Positions 12,191 through 25,003 of a DNA stretch of 64,000 bases are shown piece after piece. The position numbers and the translations under genes were made by a program. How positions within the stretch are numbered: the first letter of the stretch is position 1; the number at the start of each line of letters is the position of its first letter. The DNA is from Macrostomum hystrix (lineage: Eukaryota > Animalia > Platyhelminthes): contig CATNEN010000026.1 in NCBI GenBank assembly GCA_950097015.1, positions 682,001 to 746,000 on the forward strand. The letters run 5' to 3'. The notes under the pieces were generated by a model. It saw nothing but the letters and a program-made list of their open reading frames with translations, ran no database searches and was not told the DNA's origin.

Positions 12191-15100
12191 TTACTCCTGA
12201 GCGGATCCGTTCGAGTACTCAACCAGCAGGCAGGGTGACAACAGTCTCGGATCGAACAGCACGTACTCCCTGGCCAAATTGTCATCGCCTTTGTAGGCGG
12301 AACGGCCCGGACAGAGCAGGGACTGATAGCCGGGCGAGGCGGCTGCCCGGCCGCGGCACGGCGTCACGACGGTCTCGGTGGCGCCGAGGGCGGCCCAGAC
12401 TAGCAGCAGGCGGCCAGGCGGAGCGTACAGGGCGGCGGTGAGCGGCGACGGGCTGAGGTAGAAGCCGAGGCCGAAAGCGCCCTGATTTGGTTTTTTTTTC
12501 GCGGGTGTTAAATTTCCACGTCAGTGATCGATTGCGAAATCCTTGGCGTTTGCTGGTTAACAGTAGAAAGACCAAGCTATTCCCCCCAGGGAAAACACGA
12601 CGGGCTATTTCAAATACCCACTGCCTACTTCACGGTAGCTCCCAAAACCGAATGACCGATTTTCGTGAAAGTGCATCATTTGGATCGACATTTCCCGCCC
12701 TTCACGATGAACAAACTTTCAAAGCCTTCCGAGTCAGCATCGTCGAGATTTTCAGCAATTTTTGTCGAAGACCCTGGTGACAAGGACAACTAACAGGGGT
12801 CTGTATAAATATTTTTGGCGAATCCATATTTATTAAAAGTCGCTGCACTCACTTCAAGCTCACACTCCCTCCTCTAGATTAGAAAGGTAGGATTTCTGCC
12901 ACTTTGGGATAATTTCGTGTCGAGCAATAACAGCTGAAGTCACCTGTTCCATGTGCTCAGCTCCGGTGAAGCCGCGCTCAATCAGGGCGTCGCACGACTC
13001 TGGCCTACGTGGGCCGCACAGGTAGAGCTGCGTGCACTGCTGCTGCTGCTGCTGCTGGCGCCAGTGCTCGGCTAGGGCGGGCGCTGGCTCGCGCACCGAA
13101 GTCACTCTGTGCCGGCCGTTAGGCGAGCGCGGATCCGAGTTGAGGCCGCGCTCGATTCGATCAGCGGCGACGCGCCAACGACTCGGCACAGCGTCGTCGG
13201 AGTTTAAGGCCGATGCCGAAGCAGCCGAGGCGGCCGCGGCATCCGGTGGTTTTTCGCCACAAGTTTCCGCCCCGTTAGTGGCACTGAAATTAGCCAATCG
13301 TAGCTGCTCGGTAAGGGATCTGATCAGGTCGTCCCTAGACTGCACCAGCAGGCGCATGTGGGCCAATTCGTGCCGCATTCGTTCGAACAGAATGGTCTGC
13401 GAGTTCAACGACTTGACCTGCAAGGATCAAGCATGACGAGAGGACGCATAGAGACACCCTTGAAAAACAGTAGTAGGAGTAACTATGCACAAAGTTGCGC
13501 AGTTAGATGCTTCGTCATCTACGAGCCTCGTAATCAGTGCAAAAATACAAGCTCCCTTGTAGGCTATAGTCCATCGGTTAATAATAATAATAATCTGCCC
13601 ATTCCGCTGACTCCTGAGCACACACGCACACGGATAATGTGAGCAGACCCCCTGCCATAGAGTCCCAAGTACATAGAATGTAAAACTGTACACGGCCTTG
13701 AGAGATTTGTTGTGCACCATAAACCTAAACTGGGTGTGAGTTTTATGGCGCCGTCATTATTCAGACATAATTCAGACCACTCAATTCTCACCTGCTTCGC
13801 CCGGTTAGCAAAGAACTCCTTCTCCATCTCCTTGGTTTCTAGGCGGGAGGAGAATGGCAGAGCCGGGTGGTCGGGAGCGAAGGCTGACCAGGGCGGGTGG
13901 TAGGACATGATGGTGCAGTTGTAGAACTGGTCAGCGAAGTCCGACCATTTCTCGTTCATCACTGAATCGGCGATGAAGCCCCAGCGGGCGAAGAAGGACA
14001 CGGCGTCCGGGTCGGCGTGAACAACCACGGCCGAGTGTCGGCCCACAATGACCGGATCCTTCAGGCAGCGGAGTAGGGCGCTGCCAAGACCGGCGCGACG
14101 GAAGCGAGACCGCACGGCCAGGAACACCAGGTGAATAACGCGCTCGCCTTCAACCGTCTTCAGATCGAAAGTGGCAGCCCCGGCTAGACGATCGACCACA
14201 GCGGCGGAGGCGACGGTTGTCGGTGTGGATTGCTTGGAATCTGATTGGTGGGCATCGGTAATTATGAATTTACATCGGTATTTCGATGAAGACTAAGCGA
14301 AAAAAGGCTTTTATTGAAGATGCAAATTTTGTCTTGACTTTAGCACTCAAACCAAATAAACCCTGAGCCATACCGCCAGCTGCTGCCTTCAACCGATCAG
14401 CGGCTCGCGCTTCGAACAAAATTCGTGACTCCAGCTGTCGCCGAATGAAAGACCGATAGCCGACTGAAAAATCCTCATCCTCATCCTCGTCTTCGTCTTC
14501 CCATTCGTCGTCTCCGCCAGCTTCGGCGTCTTCGTCCGACGAATAGAACTGTACAAAGTCCGAGGTGCGCTCAGGGTCAGGTTCGAAATGGTCCTGCTTG
14601 TCCTCTGGCGGCGGCGCGTACTTGGCCAACAGAGGGACGTAGACAGCTTTGCGAGCCTCGGCTAGAGCTTGTTCGTCAGGCTGCTGCTGCTGCTGCTGCT
14701 GCTCTTCCTCACTGCCAGACTCTAAACTGTCAAAAATTAGATCAAGTCGCTGTCAGTTAGAAGCGATTTTGTCGCCTGTTTTTTCACAGAGTCTATAAAA
14801 AACCCGTTCTCTAAAAAAATTCCGAGGCTTAAACCATTCTGGACAGAATGAAGAGGCCGCTAGACTGCCTTCTGCGTCAGCCTCAGCGACTCGATGTCTC
14901 TTCGGTGTCGTATTGAAGCCTGACTGATTTAGTGAGTCGTTGAAATCTTTGGGACAATGTGCTCACCAATTTTCTCGCTCCTTGAGCAGCCTATCCCGTT
15001 CGCCTTTCAGCGCCTTCTCGGCCCGCGCCTCGGCAGCTTCCAACACTTCGGCGGGTTCTCGCAAAGCCAGCAGGGTATAGGTATTGTCGCCAGTCACAGT

Positions 15101-15382
15101 TGAGTAGATAATCTCAGTCTCCATGGACCCCAAGGCCACATCGTATAGGGCGGTGAGTGCGTGGACCACATCGGCAGCTGGAATGCCACCAACCTGACCC
15201 GGCGAGGACTTGCCAACGGAGCCAAGCAGCCGTTTGACATTGACCAGGTAAATCGATAACCGATACCGGGCACCTTGGCCGTAGGGAACAGTCAGGTCTG
15301 TCAGGCATACAGACGGCTGACCGCTTAGCAACTGGCTTACTGTGCCCTCCAGCGTGCGGCTGCAGATTCGATAGTGTAACAT
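12191..15382 (-). CDS. Uncharacterised Gcn5-type GNAT acetyltransferase - coiled coil - PARP/ART-like fusion protein; ~660 aa, 5' end uncertain
   Basis: Exons (minus) 15382-14967, 14726-14374, 14240-13792, 13417-12944 and 12481-12191. All junctions are GT-AG with compatible phases 2,1,0,0; total 1983 nt, stop TAA at 12193-12191. GNAT motifs: LTALYDVALGSMETEIIYSTVTGDNTYTLLALRE and DRLAGAATF...HLVFLAVRSRFRRAGLGSALL...VVHADPDAVSFFARWGF. PARP-like motifs: LYLCGP...LIERGF...GAFGLGFYLS...LLLVWAALG...PGYQS...REYVLFD...PCLLVEY. The last exon is absent from the ORF track and was translated manually. Confidence 0.8.
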
Positions 15383-15464
15383 GTCAGTAGAAATGCCAAA
15401 TAAAACATTTAGATATTATACATTTTGGCGAATAACGATTTCATTCAATTGTGATTTCGGTGAA

Positions 15465-15820
15465 ACGGGATTCCAGTGAATCGGGATTCTAGTGAATCGG
15501 GATGTCAGTGAATCGGGATTTCAGTGAATCGGGATTCCAGTGAATCGGGATTTCGGTGAATCGGGATTTCGGTGACTTGGGATTCCAGTGAATCGGGATT
15601 TCGGTGAATTGAGATTCCAGTGAATCGGGATTTTGATGAATCCGGATTTCAGTGAATCGGGATTTCAGTGAATCGGGATTTCAGTGAATCGGGATTCCAG
15701 TGAATCGGGATTTCGGTGAATCGGGATTTCGGTGACTTGGGATTCCAGTGAATCGGGATTTCGGTGACTTGGGATTTCAGTGAATCGGGATTCCAGTGAA
15801 TCCGGATTTCCGGATTTCGA
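15465..15820. repeat. 16-bp minisatellite (~22 copies)
   Basis: Unit CAGTGAATCGGGATTT. Confidence 0.95.
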
Positions 15821-16815
15821 AATTTAACTTTAACAAGAACATATAAGCACTAAAATATTAAAATATTGTAAAACGGTAGATCTTTTTTTTAAAATACAGC
15901 TAAAGAAAAGACACGACAACAACCAGTGGATACTAATAAGTAGTGCTACATGCAGAACTTAGACAAGACAATTGACAGAGCAATGTAACCAATTTTATTT
16001 ATAAAAAACTTGGAAATAGAACGAATAGTAAAATTAATTGTTTCGTTGTACAACAAGGAAAGACGACAATACAAAGAATGTAAAAAGCTAAAAACAGTAA
16101 AACAATTTAGATGCGAAATAGTATAACACAATTAATCATAGAAAACATTTTTAATCAAACAAAATTTATAATAGAAGCATTTTGGTAACAGGCATTTTCG
16201 TTCAAATATTATGCCCGCTAGATTAACAAAATACTAAAATTATTTGAATTTGTGACAAGTTGCAACAATGAAATAGCCAAGAGTTCTAACGTGCATGTGT
16301 ACTTTACTAAGCTAAAAAGTGCAACAATGCTACTTATAATTGTACTTTCAATTCTTTGTTTTTATATTCGATCGCTCAAATAGGTTTAAGGTTGTTGCTA
16401 TTTTTAGAAAGTCTTTAATTAATCATTTTTAAACGACCGTGACCTTAAACACGTGACACGTGGCAGCCAATCAAAATTATAGAAGACTTTTATGGTTTTG
16501 TTTGTTATCTTTTTAATTTTACAATAAATGTGCAATCATCCAGCACAGAAAAGCCTATTATAATAATGCAACGAATAACGACCATACGGCACTTTTTTAT
16601 CTAAACACTATATTGCACAAACAAAGATGCGTTTGGTACTCATAAATATGTAAGATTATAACAGAAATAAATGCGATATAATTAGTTGTGCTCTACTTTT
16701 TGTCGAATTATATAGTAGTTTAGAGATACACGCATACGCACACGCAAGTAACCCGTAAAAAAAACTTTTTGAGTCGTTACCGAAGCCGCTTTAATTGTCA
16801 CGGTAACTGTATGGC

Positions 16816-18290
16816 TCAGCCGCTTTTATTTGACCCTGAAGCTCTGGCAACTGTGTACACAGCTAAGCCAATAACAATAAGCACAACAGCCAGTATAAGC
16901 AGTAGTAGGGCTCGATTTTGTATAACCCTGCGCAGCATGCCGCTTAGAATGCGACTACTGGCGCCTAGATCATGATTAGTTCCGCGCAGTCGATCCCGAC
17001 TCCGCTCCAGGGCTTCCCTTTGGCCAGCCAGGTCGGCCAGAATAGCCCTGCCGACTTGCTGCGTAGCCTCGACGCTGCTGGCGCCTTCGTCTATGCGACG
17101 ACCAATCCGTTCTAGACGCTCAGTGTTGTCTAATAGGCGAGTGCTATAGTCGGACGACAGCTCTTCGTGATGCTGCTGCAACGAGTGCTCAGCGTCGGCT
17201 AGAAGCTCGTCGCGATCTCGCCTGGCCTGACCGGATTCTCTGCGCCCAGGAGGTAGGGGAGGTAAGAGAGATTAAAATATACATACGCGGCATAATGAGA
17301 GATCAAAAGATGAAATAGGCGGCGTACAAAAAAGATCAAAGGAAAAGATAAGCGGAGTACTGAAACAACAAAGAAAAAATAAGGCAGCGTACTGAGAGAA
17401 CTATGGAAAAGATAAGGCGGCGCACTGAGAGATCTATGGAAAAGATAAGGCCGCGTACTGAGAGATCTATGGAAAAGATAAGGCGGCGTACTGAGAGATC
17501 TATGGAAAAGATAAGGCGGCGTACTGAGAGATCTATGGAAAAGATAAGGCGGCGTACTGAGAGATCAATGGAAAAGATAAGGCGGCGTACTGAAAGATCA
17601 AAGGAAAAGATAAGCGGCGTACTGAAAGATCAAAGGAAAAGATAAGCGGCGTACTGAGAGATCAAAGGAAAAGATAAGGCGGCGTACTGAAAGATCTGAG
17701 GAAAAACTGTTAATTAATTATGTAAGGAATAAAAGTTCAAAGCAAAATATGGGTGGTATTTAGCCATTACAAAAAATCAAAAGATACAAAAATTTTTGTA
17801 CAGAAGATCAGAATTTCGATAAGAGAATCCCAATCATCATAGATAAAGATAGAGGCCTTGTTTGAAAGCTACTAAACGGATTATCTAATTCAAATTATGT
17901 GAACTCTATTACCTAGCCCTGCGGAAATCGGCCTCTAGTTTCCTGTGCTCAGCAGCAAAGCTCTGCAGCCGGGTAGTGTACTTCTGACGCAGCGACGGCG
18001 GCTGGCTTCTAGTCTCGAGCTCCATCTGTTCCAGTGTCTCCTTGGCCTCACTGAACAGGCGCTCAGCCTGGCTAATGGCTGTGACTCTGTCATCTATTGT
18101 GGGAAAATTAAATAGTTAAAAACTGTTTTGCATTCGACATTTGCATTTTATAGTAGACAATGAGATGAAAAATGTTTTTGAGAAGCAACAAATTACCTGA
18201 ATTAGAAAGGTGAGATACCTGATTGATTTTACTTGTTATCTCAGCTGTTGTAATGCCAAACTGTTGCTCATAAGTCTCTAGTAGAGACAT
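16816..18290 (-). CDS. VTI1A: Vesicle transport v-SNARE Vti1a; 232 aa
   Basis: Exons (minus) 18290-18197, 18093-17913 and 17239-16816, phases 1 and 2; 699 nt. MSLLETYEQQFGITTAEITSKI...EAKETLEQMELE..., SNARE motif LLDNTERLER...RDRLRGTNHDLGASSRILSGMLRRVIQNR, C-terminal TM helix. Confidence 0.93.
17335..17700. repeat. 33-bp minisatellite in VTI1A intron 2
   Basis: Unit GAAAAGATAAGGCGGCGTACTGAGAGATCTATG. Confidence 0.93.
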
Positions 18291-21200
18291 GTTTGATATC
18301 TGTAATTAGAATCATTTAATTTTTTTAATTAGATTTCTAAACTGGTTGAAGAAACCAAATCAACTGTTAGCTAGCCTGTGTTTGTGTTTAACTAGATAAG
18401 CTAGTAGCTAGTTTCTTTAAATAACTGATATGAAAAATATATTGAGCACAAAATCCTAAAATTTCCTAGGTTCAAGCCTAAAGAAACAAACATTAAAATG
18501 ATTCTCTTAACTTTTTATAAAGAACAAAAATTTTTCTAATTTATTAAGGCTTTTGTTCAGCACAAAAAATAAACTGCTTCTATCAAAACCTCAAAATTAG
18601 TTAATGAATCATGTTATAATGTAGAGCCAATAGCAGGAGGGCTGTAGGCAATCCTACACCACTTGGTGACACTAGCCAGTGAGGAGGCAATTCTGACCAT
18701 TTTGCTGACTCCTAAGCACACATGAACACACCCATATAGGAGTTTTTATCTGCCCTGCTCAGATAGACAGTGTACAGTTGCACTGTACTTTGGAGCTTAG
18801 TATTAAGGGGGGATTGCATCACAAGCCCCCAAGCCTTCTCTCCCTGACTGTGTCCCAAATAAATGTGGCCTTGCCACAGAATCAAGCTCAGTGACCTCGG
18901 TGCAAGAGGCAAATGCATTAGACTCCATGGCCACTCACTACCTTATATTGTGTAGTATATCTTGATTGTTCTAGATAGTCCAGACTTAGGATGGTATACA
19001 TGTACACTGGAAAGGGATCTAGCACAACACATTGGTATACAAATTGGCATACAGGGGGGCCTGGTGTACCCATTGGTGTATAGCTTGGCGTATACCACCA
19101 AGACAGCAGGTGGAGGTGGACAACCAGGTTCCAAGTCCCAACCAGAACCATGAACCATACATAAAAAATAACCAAGTTCAAGTTTGGAATAGCATAGTAT
19201 CTGCATGCATAAATCAAAATGGAGTAGATAAATGTTGATCAAAGAAAAGCTCCTAAAAATGAACATAAAACTGAAATGAAACTCATATTTTATACATTTG
19301 TGTTTATGTTCACATTTTTGTAACGCAATTATTTTTGTAATATTATTTTATATGATTTTACTTTATTTAGCATATTTTCATGTGCAATGTAAGTCCATTG
19401 GCCTACATTGGCATATAGGAGCTAGGGAATTGAATTTCATTCTGGCGTACACTAGTACACTATCCTGACACTGGTAGATAGTTTTATATTGCATAACAAG
19501 GACACATTTCTCAAATATACTTATACTCGTTATAAAATAATACTTTTGATCATTTCTACAGATAGGTCTACAAAGATCTGTTTTCTTTTTTGTTGTAAGA
19601 GATAACAGAAACATTGCAAAAATTGAAAATAACAAAGTCCTGTATGAACAAATATAATTAAGTACCTATAGCTTAAATTCCCATTTCCAATAAGATTTGA
19701 TAGTACTAGTGGTAAAACTGATCACAAATAATCAAGGTTTTGGTAGTCAGGCAATCTATCTTGACTAAAATTAAAATTAAGAACAGGGTACTATGACAGC
19801 TGACATACAAAAATATTCCTATTTTTTTATTTTCTGAAAATTAAACTCTTGCTGAATTCCATTGTCTGTAATATTTGTATTAATAAACATTATAAGTGTT
19901 TTTAATACAATAAAAAACTTATTAGGCCAACAAAAAAATTGCTGACTTTTATTACTAACCAAACTGCATTCTTTCTAATCTACTTTATCGAAGATGAGAC
20001 TAAGACTAAGAGTTGTCTATAGACTCTCACTTCTAGAACTAACTATTATATATTAACGCTAACGACCAGACATTAAATTAATATGAAATTCCCTCAGATT
20101 CTGCGGCAGTCTGCGGTTCTATCTATTACATTGTGCTTAATTTTATTTGTAAATATCTTATTGCATAGTCTAACTATTTCTTCGAACAGAAATAAACATT
20201 TCCTGTAAAACTTTGGTTTTAAAGCGTGTCGAGCCTTATTGTATAGTTTTAAAACAAACAATAGATATATAAACTTTTTAGCGAAAGCGAAAGTGCCCCA
20301 GGAGCATGGTTCAGCAAAGACTATAATCTTGTGAAAAGCACCCTATTTAAACAGTTTCGCAAAGCAGGACATAAGCAAATTCCCGCGATGCGGGAAATCC
20401 TTACGGTTTCTTCCAGATTCCGACGATCTACATAAGCCGATTCGCGTCTCACATCGAGACAAAGCTCACATAGTCGCAGCGCCTCGACAGGTACTTCGGA
20501 CGGCTGGCATGGCAAATGAACTCCACGACGTCTCTACTGGTCACTGGCAGTGTCGCCAACAAGTGTTCAAATTGGAATTAAAGCAAACTGACAGCGAAGA
20601 GTCGAAACTCTAGAAGGATGAGTTATGGGTGAACGGGAACATTCAGTAATATGCATGCAGTATAACAGAAACCATCCAAATATTGTATGCTACAAAATTG
20701 CGATTTAAGATATGGTTTTTTATATGAACATGAACATGAACATGGACTAATAAGTACTTTAAGTCGTGCATACTTTTGTAGTGAAACTTTATGCGAGTTA
20801 GAATGACTCGGAGTGACTCGTAGTTTGTGATTTGTTTGTCAAAGAACTTCCTAGGGTGTGCAATTGTACACGAACGTTACTATAAAAATTCATTCATTGA
20901 ATGAATCTGCAATGTAACCCTTCAAATTTAATAATTCTCTTTCCCTTCAGCTCCTTTCTGATTGGTTGCAACCTCACCCCAACTGCTAAATATTCTTATT
21001 CTCTAACCCGCTGTCTAACCCTCCCAAGTAGCAGTATGTTGTGCCTTGCCACGATTCTCTCTCCGCCAGTTCGCTTAATAAATAGTCTGTCAAGGGCATA
21101 GAGGGCACTCTCACGCTTCTTATAGTAAAAATATCGCACCTTTGAATTCGACCCGCTCTTCTGTTTTCTCTTATCAGCGTTTCCAATAGCAATTCGTTTA

Positions 21201-22024
21201 TGGCTCGTTATCTTTCTACACAAAAAAATTCGCGGCAGATGTACACACCTTTTATCGTCGCAAACATAGCTAGTTTACATGCTAAATTTTTCGATATGTA
21301 AAATTTCTTTTATTGCAAGTGAAAATATTGCACTCAACTCAAATAATTAAGTGCGCGTCCTTCTTCTCCTAGCTTTCAAAATGGCAATTGGATAAGCATT
21401 TATGGAATGGAATGAAATATTCTATTGCCACTTCAGCTAATATCGATTTGTTTATTTTGCCAGGCTCAGTCATTTCTCGTATTTTTCGATTAGACTCAAG
21501 CATTTTTTGCTCAATTATTTTATATGGGTGAATAAGAAAGCATTAAAAAATTAAAAATTCTAGACCCATTTAGCTGACTTTAGATTTAGCCATCATATTG
21601 AATATTTGATCAAGAAATGTATCTAATGTAATGCATTGATCAACGCAAGAAATTTACTATACTAGCTAAAACCTAAATAAAAAATACGCAAATAGTTTGT
21701 CCTTTATCTCTAGAAGGATGGCCTGTTTAAACTAACAAACGAAAACCTATCGTTACGTAGTCGCATTTTCAAGTAAATGTGTATAGCGATGAATATGTTT
21801 TGTTTACATATCCAAGTATCAAGTAAAACAGCTGGTATAATTTTCCGCTACACATACTGCTACACATTCTTCAGCGAATTTACTCGCTCATCCCATGCTA
21901 AGTTCTCATGTCTCGATCTCTCGTATGCTCCTAATGGTTAATGCTGGGGTCGGTAAACTCCAGCCCATTTGCCAGATACCAGGCCCCGCAAAGCCCCTGA
22001 ATATGCCCCCGGCCCCTTCCAACA

Positions 22025-24135
22025 CCATCTCTCCACTGTCTCATCTCTCCCCAGCCGCATCTCTCCCGTGTTATATCTCTCCCGTGTCTTATCTCTCTCT
22101 CCAGCCGCATCTCTCCCCAGCCGCATCTCTCCCGTGTAATATCTCTTACGTGTCTCATCTCTCCTGTCTCATCTCTCCCTATCTCATCTCTCCCGTGTTA
22201 TATATATCTCCCGTGTCTCATCTCTCCCCAGCCGCATCTCTCCCGTGCTATATCTCTCCCGTGTCTCATCTCTCCACTGTCTCATCTCTCCACTGTCTCA
22301 TCTCTCCACTGTCTCATCTCTCCCGTGTCTCATCTCTCTGTCTCATCTCTCCCTATCTCATCTCTCCCGTGTTATATCTCTCCCGTGTCTTATCTCTCTC
22401 TCCAGCCGCATCTCTCCCCAGCCGCATCTCTCCCGTGTAATATCTCTTACGTGTCTCATCTCTCCTGTCTCATCTCTCCCTATCTCATCTCTCCCGTGCT
22501 ATATCTCTCCCGTGTCTCATCTCTCCACTGTCTCATCTCTCCACTGTCTCATCTCTCCACTGTCTCATCTCTCCCGTGTCTCATCTCTCTGTCTCATCTC
22601 TCCCTATCTCATCTCTCCCGTGTTATATCTCTCCCGTGTCTCATCTCTCCACTGTCCCATCTCTCCCGCGTCTCATCTCTCCCTATCTCATCTCTCCCGT
22701 GTTATATCTCTCCCGTGTCTCATCTCTCCACTGTCTCATCTCTCCACTGTCTCATCTCTCCCGTGTCTCATCTCTCCCGCGTCTCATCTCTCCCTATCTA
22801 ATCTCTCCCGTGTTATCTCTCTCCCCAGCCGCATCTCTCCCCAGCCGCATCTCTCCCGTGTAATATCTCTCCCGTGTCTCATCTCTCCTGTCTCATCTCT
22901 CCCTATCTCATCTCTCCACTGTCTCATCTCCCCGTGTCTCATCTCTCCCCAGCCGCATCTCTCCCGTGTTATATCTCTCCCGTGTCTCATCTCTCCACTG
23001 TCTCATCTCTCCACTGTCTCATCTCTCCACTGCTTCATCTCTCCCGTGTCTCACCTCTCTGTCTCATCTCTCCCTATCTCATCTCTCCACTGTCCCATCT
23101 CTCCCGTGTCTCATCTCTCCCTATCTCATCTCTCCACTGTCTCATCTCTCCCGTGTCTCATCTCTCCACTGTCTCATCTCTCCACTGTCTCATCTCTCCA
23201 CTGCTTCATCTCTCCCGTGTCTCACCTCTCTGTCTCATCTCTCCCTATCTCATCTCTCCACTGTCCCATCTCTCCCGTGTCTCATCTCTCCCTATCTCAT
23301 CTCTCCACTGTCTCATCTCTCCCGTGTCTCATCTCTCCACTGTCTCATCTCTCCACTGTCTCATCTCTCCAGTGTCTCATCTCTCCACTGTCTCATCTCT
23401 CCCCAGTCGCATTACTCCCGTGTTATATCTCTCCCGTGTCTCATCTCTCCACTGTCCCATCTCTCCCGCGTCTCATCTCTCCCTATCTCATCTCTCCCGT
23501 GTTATATCTCTCCCGTGTCTCATCTCTCCACTGTCTCATCTCTCCACTGTCTCATCTCTCCCGTGTCTCATCTCTCCCGCGTCTCATCTCTCCCGTGTCT
23601 CATCTCTCCACTGTCTCATCTCTCCACTGTCTCATCTCTCCCGTGTCTCATCTCTCCCTATCTCATCTCTCCACTGTCTCATCTCTCCCGTGTCTCATCT
23701 CTCCACTGTCTCATCTCTCCACTGTCTCATCTCTCCAGTGTCTCATCTCTCCACTGTCTCATCTCTCCCCAGTCGCATTACTCCCGTGTTATATCTCTCC
23801 CGTGTCTCATCTCTCCTGTCTCATCTCTCCCTATCTCATCTCTCCCGTGTCCTATCTCTACCGTATCTCATCTCTACCTATCTCATCTCTCCAGTATCTC
23901 ATCTCTCCAGTGTCTCATCTCTCCCGTGTCTCATCTGCGTTTTATGTGTACCGTATCTCATCTCCCCGTTCTCATCTTTTCTGCCTCTTATCTGTCTCTT
24001 GTCTCACCTCGACAGGTGTCTCATCTCTTCCTTGTCTTGTCTCTTCCCTCTCTCATCTCCGTGTCTCTTCCGTATTTCATATCTACCGTGTCTCATCTCC
24101 CATTTCTCATCTCTCCTGTCTCTCATCTCTCTCGT
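22025..24135. repeat. ~2.1-kb pyrimidine-rich 16-bp minisatellite (CTCATCTCTCC core)
   Basis: Units such as CCACTGTCTCATCTCT and CCCGTGTCTCATCTCT; produces the spurious S/L/H/P/C-rich ORFs in all three + frames. Confidence 0.95.
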
Positions 24136-24790
24136 TTACCAACTCGTCCATCAATCCGGCGCAGTTATCATTTCAATTACCTTTTGTGTCCTCAAGGCAC
24201 ATAATGAGGCCGATCACTGCCTCTTTGATTGTCTAGGCGTTTTGCTCGTGTCTATATCCATAATTAACGCACTAAGTGCAGTTATAAAGTCCCTGTTCGT
24301 ATCTTCAAGTACGATTATATTAAACAGTACCAGAGTAACAGACAGGGCAAGAAAGAGCAAACCGAAACATTAAATAGTTAACCATTTTTTAGTCCGGAAC
24401 ATCGATCTTACATCAGCTGTATAAATTCAAGAGCTGATCTTCGTTAAATGAAAATGTTACGCATTCACTTTATCTTTGCTTTCTTATACTCGCAAATTGG
24501 CATGTTTTTACAGTTACGTTGAAATACAATCGCTAGAAACTCCAAGCTCTAAAGCCCTAGACAAGCTCTTAATTCTTTTGGTTGAATTTTAGACTGGAGA
24601 AGTCAGGCAGTTTGCGCCAGAAAGAAAGTCGAGAGGAAAAAGCTGGTCCTTCCAGCTTGGGTATCTTAGCTGTGGGTCGAACTCGAAGTGTACACCAGCC
24701 CCTCCCCATGCACATTTCCCGAAACACTTTCCTATCCTTATTTTAGCCTTTCCTCTCCAGACTGCCTGTAATTGGCGATGGTTCGGAGCG
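23910..24790 (+). repeat. Segmental duplicate X, near-identical to 34287-35167
   Basis: Colinear at a constant offset of 10377 nt; homology ends at GATGGTTCG(G/C)AGCG. Confidence 0.93.
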
Positions 24791-25003
24791 CTCCCTGCCA
24801 AGATGAATGTACATTGGCCCGCACCCTGGTATGCAAATGTTCACTGACGAAGTGAACGAAGCGAAGGCAAATGATCCTAACAGAAGAAGCTGAAGAGCCA
24901 AAGAGGTTTGTTGACAAAGTTCTGCCCCTCCTTCTGGCTTAGATCGGCTAGCTATATCGAAATAGTTGGCGCCGTCAATCACTAAGCAGAAGAAATCTCT
25001 GAA

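Noticed and set aside
14850-14925. Possible extra exon or alternative terminal exon (QASIRHRRDIESLRLTQKAV*) in GNAT-PARP intron 1
   Set aside because: It would need a ~43-nt intron and would truncate the GNAT fold. The direct 14967/14726 junction is phase-compatible and completes the domain. Not excluded as a minor isoform.
20321-20620. GC-richer island with short ORFs in AT-rich intergenic DNA
   Set aside because: No recognisable motif or consistent splice signals.
22245-24373. Long ORFs of 663, 499 and 412 aa (S/L/H/P/C-rich)
   Set aside because: They are translations of a stop-free 16-bp satellite in all three frames, with no domain or splice context.
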